Positions 48,485 through 58,549 of a DNA stretch of 64,000 nucleotides are shown here, piece by piece. The notes under the pieces were generated by a model. The model saw only the letters and a list, made by a program, of their open reading frames with translations. It did no database searches and had not been told where the DNA came from. Position numbers and translations under genes: made by a program. The stretch lies in sequence record OP599913.1; one strand, written 5' to 3'. The stretch's first letter is position 1, and every line of letters begins with the position of its first letter.

Positions 48485-48667
48485 GGCGATCAATTGTCGA
48501 GCCATTCTGTTGTAGCGGAAGACAGTAAACAACAGGCCTACGAACTCTTTGGGAAACGGGAGTATTACATCAGTGGTACGGGTCGGTTTTTGTACGATCC
48601 GATCAACGAACCGATTCTCTTTATGTTTAAAGCAGCGACGAGCGGCTTAGAGGATATTGAGGTATGA
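48485..48667 (+). CDS. rpoC: vRNAP beta' exon 2 (60 aa, GDQLSSHSVV...LEDIEV); absent from the ORF track
   Basis: 183-nt open frame right after the terminal G; TGA overlaps the beta ATG (ATGA); spliced product 541 aa. Confidence 0.88.
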   Translation, partial: GDQLSSHSVVAEDSKQQAYELFGKREYYISGTGRFLYDPINEPILFMFKAATSGLEDIEV

Positions 48668-51600
48668 GCAATCCAATTACGTATTCCGAGTTCTTTAAGC
48701 ACTTTGTGCTGCGTAAGAAACAAGACGTTGTAAACCCTAAAGTCCTGGGTATTGGCGAAGTGATCCTTCCTAAGGGGAGTTTACTGCACTTCGTACCGAA
48801 GACGGTTAATGAAAAGGGACCGGGTAGTAGTGAAGCGTTTATCAGTAACTTCCCTAAAGAGGTCTTTATTGAGTTTGTAAGGGACGGGTATAAGCCGGTG
48901 ATGGGGCATGGGCGTACAGTCGCCTATGACTACCCTAAGGCGGTTAAGGCGTACCGGGCGAGTCACTACATGTACAGCTGGGTGCGTGAGATCAGCACGG
49001 TGTACAACAAAGAGAACGTGTTGGTCGTTAAGAACTACGGGATGATTCCCCAGGGGTTCGTTTACCGTCCGAGTATTTTCGTGAATTATGAAAAATACTA
49101 CAACATGATGCACCTGCTCATTGAGAACATCAATGCAGAAGCCGAGAAAGGGGTGCGTCGGCAGTATATGCGGATTGACCTGCCGTTGAACCTACCGTCC
49201 CTGGTTGAGCTTGAGAAAGACTACGGACGGTTTATTGATGGGTTTAATGATGGGCATCCTGTCCTGATGCGCAATATGTTGGAGAGTACGAAGGCTGAGA
49301 ACTGCTACTGGTTATTGGACCTACTGGGGTTCCTGTTCGGCCAGTATTCATTCAGTTTGTTCGGTAAACTCACCGACCAGGCGTATAAGGATTTGCATAT
49401 CCTCTTTACGTCTCAAAGTAAAGTCATTGTAGTACAACTGGGGCTGTTGAAGGGTTGGTTAGATGAGACAAATCCTAAAGACGAGAAAACCTACCCCTCT
49501 GCTCGGAAAGAGTTTGAAAGTCTGAAGACATTGACCCGCCATAATGCGGTTAAACGTTTCTATTTGGCTTTGATGAATCTTTCTCGTGGAGGCGTTCCTG
49601 AGAATGTACTCATTAAAGAGGAAACGAAAAATGTCATCCCAATTGCCGGAGAGAAAGGTACCGTTGACCAAGTGGCTACGGGAACGTCACGAGAAGAAGA
49701 AGAAGAAACATCCAATCTTCCAGAAACCCGAGACCATACTGGCTCGGGCACGGTTCCCCGTGCTGATCGTCCTGCTGGTTCTATCCTTGATGTTTTCAGC
49801 CGAAGTGAAGGACCTGGCGAGGCACATGACGAAGAGCAAGACACAACGGGAGAACGAGGTGCTGATTCAAGTCTTGAAGAGTGGACATCGCCGGTAGATG
49901 ATGAACTGCTGGAGGTGGAGAAAGTCCAAACCGAGATCAATACCAACAAGAATGTGTTTAAGACGCCTGAGAGTGGTGTAAAGCGGGCGTTAGAGGAGCG
50001 GGCTAAGGAAGGTACGCTGACGGTAGCTGAACATGATTTCTTCATGCGTAAAGCGACCCGTTATCAGCACATTGAAATGGAGAACGGTCAAACGTTCGAA
50101 GAGTTCATTCAGATTAAACCCGAAGAGGTTAAAGACCTGGGTGGAGAGATTGAAGGTGAGTTTCTCCCCGTACTGGATGAGAGCATGTTGCGGAGTCGTG
50201 CTAAATCCCTCAAGATCGAGTATCCTCAGAAGTTTTTACACCGGGATATTGGTCGAATGGTGTTGGGTCTTCAGAACGCTGGCTTTGCGATGAACGACTA
50301 CCGGCGTGAGAAGGTCGTCAGCGTAGAAGGCAGTTACGAGGTCCACAGCATTCAGTTGCACGAAGTCAATGGGGATCAGGTAACTGTACATACTCGGCTG
50401 CCTACGGTGCTGAAAGACGGCACCTACGTCATTGATGGTGTTAAGCAACACATGCAACTGCAACGTCGGGAGAAACCTTTCCGGAAGATCAGTCCTCGGG
50501 AAGTGGTGCTGTCGAGCTATTATGACCGTAAGCTCATGGTGAGTCGTAGTCCGAAGATGGTGGATAACCTCTCTACGTTCATGGTGAAGCAAATCTCCCT
50601 CCAGAGTAAACGGAAAGGGTATACGGTCACTAAAGGCAGTACCTGGGATCGTTCCCTTAAAGCCCCCCGGATTTACAGCATTCTGGCTCGTCAGTACAAG
50701 TACATTACTGTCGACGGGTTGGTATTGGACTTCCGGTTGAAGGATCTCCTGGAACTCCACCCTGAGTTCAAAGCCTATACGCGCCCTGATCGGTTCTTGA
50801 TCGGGGTAAAAGACGGATTACCTTTGATCATTGACGATTACGGTAATCTGTACAAAGGGGAAGAGGAACTCGGTACTGTTGAAGACTTGCTCGGTATTGA
50901 TGTTCGTAAAGCGCCTTTGGAACACGTGGTGATTAATATCAGCGGGTATTCGTTCCCGTTGGGGGTGGTCCTGTGCTTCTACTTCGGTATTGATGAACTG
51001 TTGCGGGTGATTAAAGCCACGACGCGTTCGGTACCCGTAGGGACCCGTCCTAAATTGACTGAGGATGAATACGCGATTCAGTTCAATGACGAATACCTGA
51101 TCTTTAACCGTCGGGAGAAGCTCACCACGTTGATCTTCGGTGGAATGCCGAAGTTGAACAACATCAGTAACTTCAGTCGGAGTGATTTGAATAATAACAG
51201 TATCTGGAGTGCGTTAATGGGAGACCCTCGGGTTCGTCCATCTCAGTTCCAGGAAATGAAGAACCTCTTCGATCTCTTTATCGATCCCATTACGAAAGAC
51301 CTCTTGAAAGAGATGAAGCTGTCTGAAGACTTCCATTACTTGCTGATTGATGCAGCTAAGGCATTGGAAACGGATTACAGTCGGCACGAGGTGGAGATTG
51401 AAGAGCAGCGCATTGTAGGGTATGAACGCTTCGCAGGTCATCTCTACACGGAATTTGTAAAGTCCATTCGTCAATACCGGAATAAAGGGAAAGGGCGTAA
51501 ACACAAACTGGACTTTAACCCGGATGCGGTTATTATTGCCATTGGCACTGACCGGTCTACGAACTTGGTGGAAGAAGTGAATCCGGTTCACCAAGTGAAA

Positions 51601-51864
51601 GACCAAGAGGAAGTGACGTTTGGTGGAACAGGTGGTCGTAGTGAAATCACCATGGTCAAACGCGCACGGACTCAGCTGGAGAGTTACAAAGGGGTCATCA
51701 GTGAAGCCAACAAGGACAGTGGTAAAGTGGGGTATGTGACCTACACCACCTCTGATCCGGGTATCGCTGATTTCCGAGGCAATGTTGATCCCAAGAACAA
51801 ACGTACTCCTACCGGTGACGGTTCGGTTACTATGAACCTGATGTACGGTGGAACGCATGACGAT
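48664..51864 (+). CDS. rpoB: virion RNA polymerase beta (N-terminal/main part), exon 1 (phiKZ gp178-like)
   Basis: NPVHQVKDQEEVTFGGTGG aligns with beta NPLSEITHKRRISALGPGG; ends THDD (beta HDD). Confidence 0.9.
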
Positions 51865-52280
51865 TGAGCTGTTGTGAAAACAATAGATCACTCAGTCCAA
51901 CCAGGGAGTAATCCCTTGTTGCCATTACCTTTAATTGCGGGAACCTACTGAGAGCCTTATCTACCAAACCCGAGCAGGAAACCAACGGGCGGCCAACCAT
52001 AACGGGTTGGGGACGGTAACAACGATAAGGATTGGGGAACCCTACGCAGCGAAGCACCTACGTATTGTCGAGAGGACAAGATAGGGTGAACGTTCAACGA
52101 CTACGGATGAAATTTCCGGTAGAGGTGTCAGGATGATACTTCCAAAAGTAAGGTTGCCCTGTATGCTCGAGGTGTGAATAACACTGAGTACAGGGATGAA
52201 ATATAGTCTCGTCATCTAAGGGAAAACCTTAGAGCGTGGTGCTACGCGCACCGGCGGATAGGATATCCGTGAAGATTACG
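51865..52280 (+). mobile_element. ORF-less group I intron (416 nt)
   Basis: P1 ACGAU/GUUGU with U.G at the splice site; P AATTGCGGGAA 51933, Q CCTACGCAGC 52041, R GTTCAACGACTAC 52092, S GAAATATAGTC 52198; terminal G 52280. Confidence 0.92.
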
Positions 52281-53399
52281 GTCAAACGAGCGGTATTCAC
52301 ATCGACTCAGGCCTCTCAAGCAGTGATGGCTAAGAACTACGAGATCGTTACCCTGAGAACGGGTTACGAGAACGTACTGGCTCACCGGACCTCCGATCTT
52401 TACAGCAAAGTAGCTGCTGAAGATGGTAAGGTTACTAAAGTGGAGAACGATCGCTTACTCGTCGAATACAAGGACGGAACAACGGACTCGTATCCCTTAG
52501 GGTTGGTGATTGGGGAAGCCAGTGGGGAATATCATCCCCACAGCCGTACCACAGATCTGAAGGTCGGAGATACCTTCCGTAAGGGAGATGTCATCGGCTG
52601 GGATGAAAACTGGTTCGGTCGAGACCCCTTCTGCCCAGGACAAGTCGGGGTTAAGATGGGTAAAATGTGCCAGATCGTTATGGTGGAAGATCAGGATGTG
52701 TACGAGGACTCTATTGCAATTTCGAAAGAATTGGCGATGGAAGCACGTACCCCCTTTATTAAACCCAGTCGGTTTGCCGAGGACGTGTCAAACAACCTGG
52801 TAATGCGGGTTAAGGTAGGAGATTACGTCGAACAGGACACGATTTTATGTGATATCGAAGAGCCTCACTTGGTGGAGGGCGAGGAGCTTCCTGAGCTCGA
52901 AGCAGACATCAACAAACTCGGTATCAAACAGATCCGTTCGAAGCATCATGGAAAGATCGTACACATCGATGTTCGGTACAACTCTCCCTTAGACAAGATG
53001 TCTGAGTCGTTCCGTTCGTTCATTGTTCAGAAGGATAAGGAAACGAAACGGAAAGGGTTGGTGGAAGGAACCGGTGTCGAGAACAATGCCATTTCCACGA
53101 TGTTCAATCTTAATCGTCCCATGTTAGGTCCAGGTAAGGCGTTCATTACGTTCTACATCGAGTCGTTAGACCCGAGTACCAATGCGGATAAGTATGTCAT
53201 TGGGAACCAGATGAAAGCCACTGTGGGTCGTATCATGGAAAGACCGCTTAAGACTGCCAGTGGGATTGTAATTGATGTGAAGTCGAGCTTTAAAGGGATG
53301 TTTAACCGAATGGTGCTCAGTTTGAGGAACAAACTGGTTGCTAACGAGTATGGTTACCAAATCACTCGCCAAGCCATTAAACTCTACAGAGGTAAATAA
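52281..53399 (+). CDS. rpoB: vRNAP beta exon 2
   Basis: HDD|VKRAVFTSTQASQAV aligns with beta HDDANRALMGANMQRQAV; YEDSIAISK and ADKYVIGNQMK motifs; spliced product 1439 aa. Confidence 0.9.
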   Translation, partial: VKRAVFTSTQASQAVMAKNYEIVTLRTGYENVLAHRTSDLYSKVAAEDGKVTKVENDRLLVEYKDGTTDSYPLGLVIGEASGEYHPHSRTTDLKVGDTFRKGDVIGWDENWFGRDPFCPGQVGVKMGKMCQIVMVEDQDVYEDSIAISKELAMEARTPFIKPSRFAEDVSNNLVMRVKVGDYVEQDTILCDIEEPHLVEGEELPELEADINKLGIKQIRSKHHGKIVHIDVRYNSPLDKMSESFRSFIVQKDKETKRKGLVEGTGVENNAISTMFNLNRPMLGPGKAFITFYIESLDPSTNADKYVIGNQMKATVGRIMERPLKTASGIVIDVKSSFKGMFNRMVLSLRNKLVANEYGYQITRQAIKLYRGK

Positions 53400-53401
53400 C
53401 G

Positions 53402-54280
53402 ATGAACTTCCGGACGAAGAACGGTTACCGAGACCTGCAAGCGCTGGTTAAGGAACTGGGTCTTTATACCGGGCAGATTGACGGTGTGTGGGGGAAGGGA
53501 ACTTCCTCCTCCACTGAAACCCTGCTCCGGGGGTATGCAGAGGTGGTGGGTAAGAATACCGGAGGTATCGGTCTCCCCACCACCTCGGATGCCAGTGGTT
53601 ATAACGTCATTACAGCGCTCCAGCGTAATTTGGCCTTCTTGGGTCTCTATTCCCTGACCGTGGATGGTATTTGGGGGAATGGGACCTTGAGTGGTTTGGA
53701 TAAGGCATTCGAGGTGTACAAGGAGCGTTACCGCACACCAGTCTATGACATTGCGTGGAGTGGTAAAGTCAGTCCTGCCTTTACGGCGAAAGTGAAGGAT
53801 TGGTGTGGTGTTCATGTGCCGAATCACCGAGCGCCTCATTGGCTGATGGCCTGTATGGCTTTCGAGACCGGTCAGACATTCAGTCCGTCTATTAAGAATG
53901 CGGCAGGTTCTGAAGCATATGGATTGATTCAATTCATGAGTCCAGCCGCCAATGATTTGAATGTTCCGTTGAGTGTGATTCGATCCATGGATCAGTTGAC
54001 TCAATTGGATCTGGTCTTCAAGTACTTCGAAATGTGGATGAACCGGGGTAAGCGGTATACCCAGCTGGAAGATTTCTATTTGACGATCTTCCATCCAGCC
54101 TCAGTAGGTAAGAAGGCTGATGAAGTCCTCTTCCTTCAGGGGAGTAAAGCGTATCTCCAGAACAAGGGGTTCGATGTAGACAAGGATGGTAAGATCACCC
54201 TGGGTGAAATTTCTTCTACATTGTACACCACGTATTACAAAGGTCTGTTGCCTGAAAATCGTCACGTTATTTCGTATTGA
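53402..54280 (+). CDS. modular endolysin (EL188-like): two PG-binding repeats plus lytic transglycosylase
   Basis: DGVWGKGT and DGIWGNGT repeats; MACMAFETG and AYGLIQFM catalytic motifs; matches recalled EL188. Confidence 0.93.
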   Translation: MNFRTKNGYRDLQALVKELGLYTGQIDGVWGKGTSSSTETLLRGYAEVVGKNTGGIGLPTTSDASGYNVITALQRNLAFLGLYSLTVDGIWGNGTLSGLDKAFEVYKERYRTPVYDIAWSGKVSPAFTAKVKDWCGVHVPNHRAPHWLMACMAFETGQTFSPSIKNAAGSEAYGLIQFMSPAANDLNVPLSVIRSMDQLTQLDLVFKYFEMWMNRGKRYTQLEDFYLTIFHPASVGKKADEVLFLQGSKAYLQNKGFDVDKDGKITLGEISSTLYTTYYKGLLPENRHVISY

Positions 54281-54311
54281 TTCACCTTCTTTTCCGTAGG
54301 AGAGTTTCCCT

Positions 54312-54488
54312 GTGAAAGCAGAACTAATCAACAATGTCATTGCACTGGCGAATACCGCGGAGTTCGTTAAACAGACGATCCGTAAGGTAGGGCTGGAGTA
54401 CATTGCGCCGCTGGATCCCAGTATTCAGGCTGAGAAGATCAGCAAGGCCCTCACGAAGCGTGTTGTTAAACAAGGAGCGAACCAATGA
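54312..54488 (+). CDS. small hypothetical protein (58 aa), missed by the ORF track
   Basis: TAGGAGA RBS, GTG start, open for 177 nt, ATGA overlap with the next gene. Confidence 0.7.
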   Translation: MKAELINNVIALANTAEFVKQTIRKVGLEYIAPLDPSIQAEKISKALTKRVVKQGANQ

Positions 54489-56035
54489 TCAGTAAGGACA
54501 GCCTGGCGTTGGCAGAGAACATCGCCGTCGCGCTCCCTGAAGGCACTGTAGTCCCGTCCACCCCGATCCTTCAGGGGTTGAATACCCTGAGTTATGGAGC
54601 GTTCCCGTACGAGGAGGACTTCCGGGATAAGGTGGTTGAAGTGACTTCCGAGATCACGGAGCATTCGGCAGCGATTGAGGCGGGGAGTGACAAAGCCGCT
54701 GAGACCATCCGCGGTGCGTTCGAGATGGTCAAGTCCTACGGTGTCCCGATGGCGGACGCCGTCCAGGAGAAAGTGGGTCTGCTGTACAGCCGAGGTGATC
54801 TGAACTGGGCGTCGTTGCGTCATTTCAATATCACGTACATCAATGTCTCGGATCCGTTCTTTGACTCGGCTATTTATCCCACTGAAGTCAAGAACAAGGC
54901 GCTGTCGTTTGACAGTGTGGGCTTGGATGTCCTGAAACGGTTGGAGTTTGAATTCGCAACGGAACAGGAGATCCGGGATTACGTGGCAACGTCTCACCCA
55001 GAGATTAATGCCATCCTGGATTCCAAACTCGAAGACATCGTGTACGCGTTCTACGCAATTACGATGCTGGCTGATCTCAAATCCCTTTTCCACTACAAGG
55101 GTGAGGCGACCTTTGACTTCACGCGTGTGAAATCGGTACGCCTTAACCTGCTGCTGAAGACCTACGTGATCTTGACGAAGATGTACAGTCAGGAAGACCC
55201 GGCGTTCCTGGTTAAGGGGTCGTTGGAGGATTACCGGGAGTATATCAACCTGCTGTGGAATGGGATGACCCATTACCTCATTGCGTTGAAGAACACGGTT
55301 CAGCTTTACCGTAACCGTAAAGCGGCTATCTACGAGGCTGAAGCCTCCAAGTTGGTGGACTTTAAACCGGTTGATGCCCTGGACGTTACCGTTAAGGGAT
55401 TGAGTGGTAATGTCGTCGTGTATTACAGCGATGAGGTCCTCAAGACGGTAACCGGTAATGGGGGGAGTTTGAACGACTGTGTGATCGCCTCGATCTATGG
55501 GCGTCTCACTGGTCGTCCGAATGGCTTCCTGGACCTCATCAATAACCCCGACCTGGTTAAAGACCTGACGGCTGACTACTTCGAGGGTATTCACCGTCCA
55601 TTGAACCAAGATGCCCGTAAACATTTCATTAACAACAGTGTTGGGGCTATTGTTCAGTTCCTGAATGAACGGGAAGAGGCTCGGGCGGCGTTGTATGAGC
55701 ATTTGGATGCAGAAGGGTCTTCGGTCCGTACCCTCATTGAAGAGAACCTGAGCGGTGACCTGGACGTTCTCTACACCCTTTACGAGAATGACGTCCGCAA
55801 AAACAGTGGCGATGAACCTGTGAGCATGGAGATTGAGGCTCAACGAGCGAAAGAGGTCATCTTCCAAACCAAACTTGTCCCTAACTTCTTGAAGTTGTTG
55901 GGGTGTGAACTGGCTGCGGAGATCATTGAACTGACCTTTGTTAAGCTCGGTGAAGAAGACAACCTCAACAGCAAGCGTGAACGCCTCCATGGGGCGTTGA
56001 TCGAACTGCTGGTGGGTGAACTGCTGGGAGTTTAA
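54485..56035 (+). CDS. conserved jumbo-phage protein (phiKZ gp177-like by synteny)
   Basis: 516-aa ORF, AAGGAG RBS, two genes upstream of the prohead protease. Confidence 0.7.
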   Translation: MISKDSLALAENIAVALPEGTVVPSTPILQGLNTLSYGAFPYEEDFRDKVVEVTSEITEHSAAIEAGSDKAAETIRGAFEMVKSYGVPMADAVQEKVGLLYSRGDLNWASLRHFNITYINVSDPFFDSAIYPTEVKNKALSFDSVGLDVLKRLEFEFATEQEIRDYVATSHPEINAILDSKLEDIVYAFYAITMLADLKSLFHYKGEATFDFTRVKSVRLNLLLKTYVILTKMYSQEDPAFLVKGSLEDYREYINLLWNGMTHYLIALKNTVQLYRNRKAAIYEAEASKLVDFKPVDALDVTVKGLSGNVVVYYSDEVLKTVTGNGGSLNDCVIASIYGRLTGRPNGFLDLINNPDLVKDLTADYFEGIHRPLNQDARKHFINNSVGAIVQFLNEREEARAALYEHLDAEGSSVRTLIEENLSGDLDVLYTLYENDVRKNSGDEPVSMEIEAQRAKEVIFQTKLVPNFLKLLGCELAAEIIELTFVKLGEEDNLNSKRERLHGALIELLVGELLGV

Positions 56036-56038
56036 TGA

Positions 56039-56767
56039 ATGGACGTTACTTCTCTCGTACGAGACCGAAGTAAGATCCGTAAGGCGTACACCCTCCACGA
56101 CGATCACAGTGTCACTGCAAATCGTCCTTTGGAAGTTCATATTCCCAAACGTTTTACTGAACATGGGTTAGCGTTCATTGGGGATAAGGTGACCACCACG
56201 TTAGTGGCGGGTGTTGTCATCCCGGGGGAGTGTTACTCCCCTTGGGTGGCGTTGACGGATGTCACAATGGTCCCTATGAACGTTCGGGAGACGGGTATTG
56301 ACGGGGTTCAGTACCTTATCCTGGAGTTTGAAGAAGGGGATACCCTTATTGAAAACCTTCGGTATATCCAAGACCCCAATAAGCCCTACTTCTATTTCAC
56401 TGAGTTTGACCTCTACGCGAAGATTCCTTGGTACTTATCAGACAATGATGTCACCTCCTTGTTTGATAACGCTAAGATACAATCAGGCAGTGAAGTCGGT
56501 GATACGCCGCAGCACATGCGGATCTTTAATTCCGTTATGATGCGGGATCCGGATAACTTGGATAATCCGTATCGCAACAGTCAAGCCATGCTAGACGGTC
56601 GCCCTCCGGTATGGGTAGGGTTGAATAACAGCTCAATGCTGATTGACGGCACCTACTTGAAACTCACCGGAGGTTTCCTCCAAGACAACACGGTGGCTGC
56701 TATTATCAAGCAAGACACCAAAGTAACCGATCTGGAAATGATCGTTAAAGGGGTCCCAGATGAGTAA
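56039..56767 (+). CDS. putative fifth vRNAP subunit (phiKZ gp176-like)
   Basis: 242 aa, immediately upstream of the prohead protease; assignment by recalled synteny. Confidence 0.55.
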   Translation: MDVTSLVRDRSKIRKAYTLHDDHSVTANRPLEVHIPKRFTEHGLAFIGDKVTTTLVAGVVIPGECYSPWVALTDVTMVPMNVRETGIDGVQYLILEFEEGDTLIENLRYIQDPNKPYFYFTEFDLYAKIPWYLSDNDVTSLFDNAKIQSGSEVGDTPQHMRIFNSVMMRDPDNLDNPYRNSQAMLDGRPPVWVGLNNSSMLIDGTYLKLTGGFLQDNTVAAIIKQDTKVTDLEMIVKGVPDE

Positions 56768-57623
56768 TACTTTAACCTTTGAGAATACCCTGCTGGCGAA
56801 CAGTGGTAAACGGGGTATTCTCAAACCCATGGACAGTTCGGGGTACTACCGGATCAATGCGGGAGGGTTCAATATCCCTAACCGTTCCGGTATTACCTAC
56901 CGGGTGAATGACTACATTCGTGAGTGTGCCCGTCCAGGCAGTGACTTTGACCGTCGGGTGAACGAAGGTCAGATGTATTGTGAAATCGGTCACCCACCTC
57001 AGTATTACAAGATCTTGGTCAACGGGGAAGTGGTTCGCAAGCAGATCACGGATCTCTTCGAATGGATTAACCGCCTTCGGACCATTGACTTTGATAATGT
57101 CTGTGGTCATATTCGTAAAGTTCATTGGATCTTTACGGGTGGACCGAATGATCCGGTTTACAATGACATTGAAGTGATTCCGTGGGCGAAGAACCCACAT
57201 CATAAGCAATTGCTGCAAGAAAGTCTGGATAATCCGGATATCAATACGGCGTTTAGTATCCGTACGGTAACCAAGCCTCAGAACTTTGGCGATAAAACGC
57301 GCGAGGTGGACTACTGGAGCACGTATGACGCTGTCATAGAGCAGGGTATACTCCGTGCCTGTAAACACCTCACAGCGGGCTTGGAGAGCCTTCTGGACGA
57401 CTATTCCGCTGAGGGTGGGGAAATGGAGTTCACCACGACCATGGAAGAGCTCTTCTTTATCTGCGATCAGAAGATGCGTTCACCTGAAGTGGCGGAACGT
57501 TATGCGGGTACGGAAAGCTTTGTTCGAGTACAGGAAATGCTGGATGATCTCCGTAGACGAACGCCTGCTCAATCCAAACCTGCACGGTTGATTGTGTCCA
57601 GTTCGTTGGATGTGTTCCGGTAA
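56760..57623 (+). CDS. prohead serine protease (phiKZ gp175-like)
   Basis: CEIGHP (catalytic His) and AFSIR (catalytic Ser), YDAV; C-terminal AGLE/S and AGTE/S sites. Confidence 0.85.
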   Translation: MSNTLTFENTLLANSGKRGILKPMDSSGYYRINAGGFNIPNRSGITYRVNDYIRECARPGSDFDRRVNEGQMYCEIGHPPQYYKILVNGEVVRKQITDLFEWINRLRTIDFDNVCGHIRKVHWIFTGGPNDPVYNDIEVIPWAKNPHHKQLLQESLDNPDINTAFSIRTVTKPQNFGDKTREVDYWSTYDAVIEQGILRACKHLTAGLESLLDDYSAEGGEMEFTTTMEELFFICDQKMRSPEVAERYAGTESFVRVQEMLDDLRRRTPAQSKPARLIVSSSLDVFR

Positions 57624-57638
57624 GCCTGAGCCAGCATG

Positions 57639-57680
57639 CCTAGCCTTGGGGTCTACCCCAAGGCTAGGTTATTAATTTTA
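57639..57680 (+). terminator. intrinsic terminator
   Basis: CCTAGCCTTGGGG/CCCCAAGGCTAGG plus T-rich tract. Confidence 0.75.
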
Positions 57681-57741
57681 GCTGTTTGTTTATTCTTATA
57701 GTCCGTTGCGGCTAACCATTTAAACCAGAAGGAATTTCCTT

Positions 57742-58410
57742 ATGTTGATTGAAAAGCTTAATTTCCAAACCCTGGTGCTTCATCTGCGTGAGGTGAAGGG
57801 AGGGTTTAATGTTCTCCAGGTATTGTGGGAAACCGCCCAGAAGGAATGGGAACGTTCCAAGAATGCTGACACGGACATCCATTTCATCAAAGGCGTGTTT
57901 ACTTCCACTCAGAAAACCGATGCGGTCCGGATCTATGTGGCGAAGCTGGCTAAGCTGTACATGAACACCGTGGGGGTACTGCCGGGGATGTGGTCCAAAC
58001 ATACTCTGACCCATGAGCATATCCTGACCAAAGCCACTGTGGACAAGATTTGCACCATGGAAGTGAACAGTTCCGAACAGTTGTTCGAATTGGTTGCCAC
58101 CCGTGTATTGGGAGTTGATAAAACCCTGGTGGAGTATATCCTGACCGATGAAGACAAACCCCGGGATCGCGCCCGTATCCTGATTAACTACCTGGGGTAC
58201 CGTGTGGATGAACCGGGTGTCCCGGAAGAGGACTACCCTGACCTCATCAGTAGCCTGAGTGAGTTGATCGGTAACAATGGGTTTACAGATGAGTTCTTTG
58301 AGAACCTGTTGAAGGAAGCAGAAACTTACTTCGACAGCGGATCGGTTGACTTCCAACAAACCCCGTTGGATGTGTTGGAGAACTTCCTGCACCAACCCTG
58401 CAAGCAGTAA
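57742..58410 (+). CDS. hypothetical protein
   Basis: 222-aa ORF, AAGGA RBS. Confidence 0.75.
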   Translation: MLIEKLNFQTLVLHLREVKGGFNVLQVLWETAQKEWERSKNADTDIHFIKGVFTSTQKTDAVRIYVAKLAKLYMNTVGVLPGMWSKHTLTHEHILTKATVDKICTMEVNSSEQLFELVATRVLGVDKTLVEYILTDEDKPRDRARILINYLGYRVDEPGVPEEDYPDLISSLSELIGNNGFTDEFFENLLKEAETYFDSGSVDFQQTPLDVLENFLHQPCKQ

Positions 58411-58428
58411 GGGATTCTGCCCAAAAGA

Positions 58429-58453
58429 TTTCAAGTCTATATTACTTGGGTGA
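58429..58453 (+). promoter_or_regulatory. early promoter TATATTAC
   Basis: TTTCAAGTCTATATTACTTGGGTGA; 22 nt identical to the 16517 copy. Confidence 0.78.
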
Positions 58454-58549
58454 GCGACATCAGGACCTACCTGACGAGGGCAGTACACCACTTCCCTTGC
58501 TTTGTCTTGGTGTCGTCACACCACCACTTTTGGACAGTAAGAGGTTGTT

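Noticed and set aside
52236-52280. GTG start of the 387-aa ORF as an independent gene
   Set aside because: The first 15 codons lie inside the group I intron 3' end; homology to beta begins exactly after the terminal G at 52280
54425-56164. 579-aa minus-strand ORF
   Set aside because: Antisense shadow of the 516-aa plus-strand gene; no RBS or motif; typical of biased codon usage
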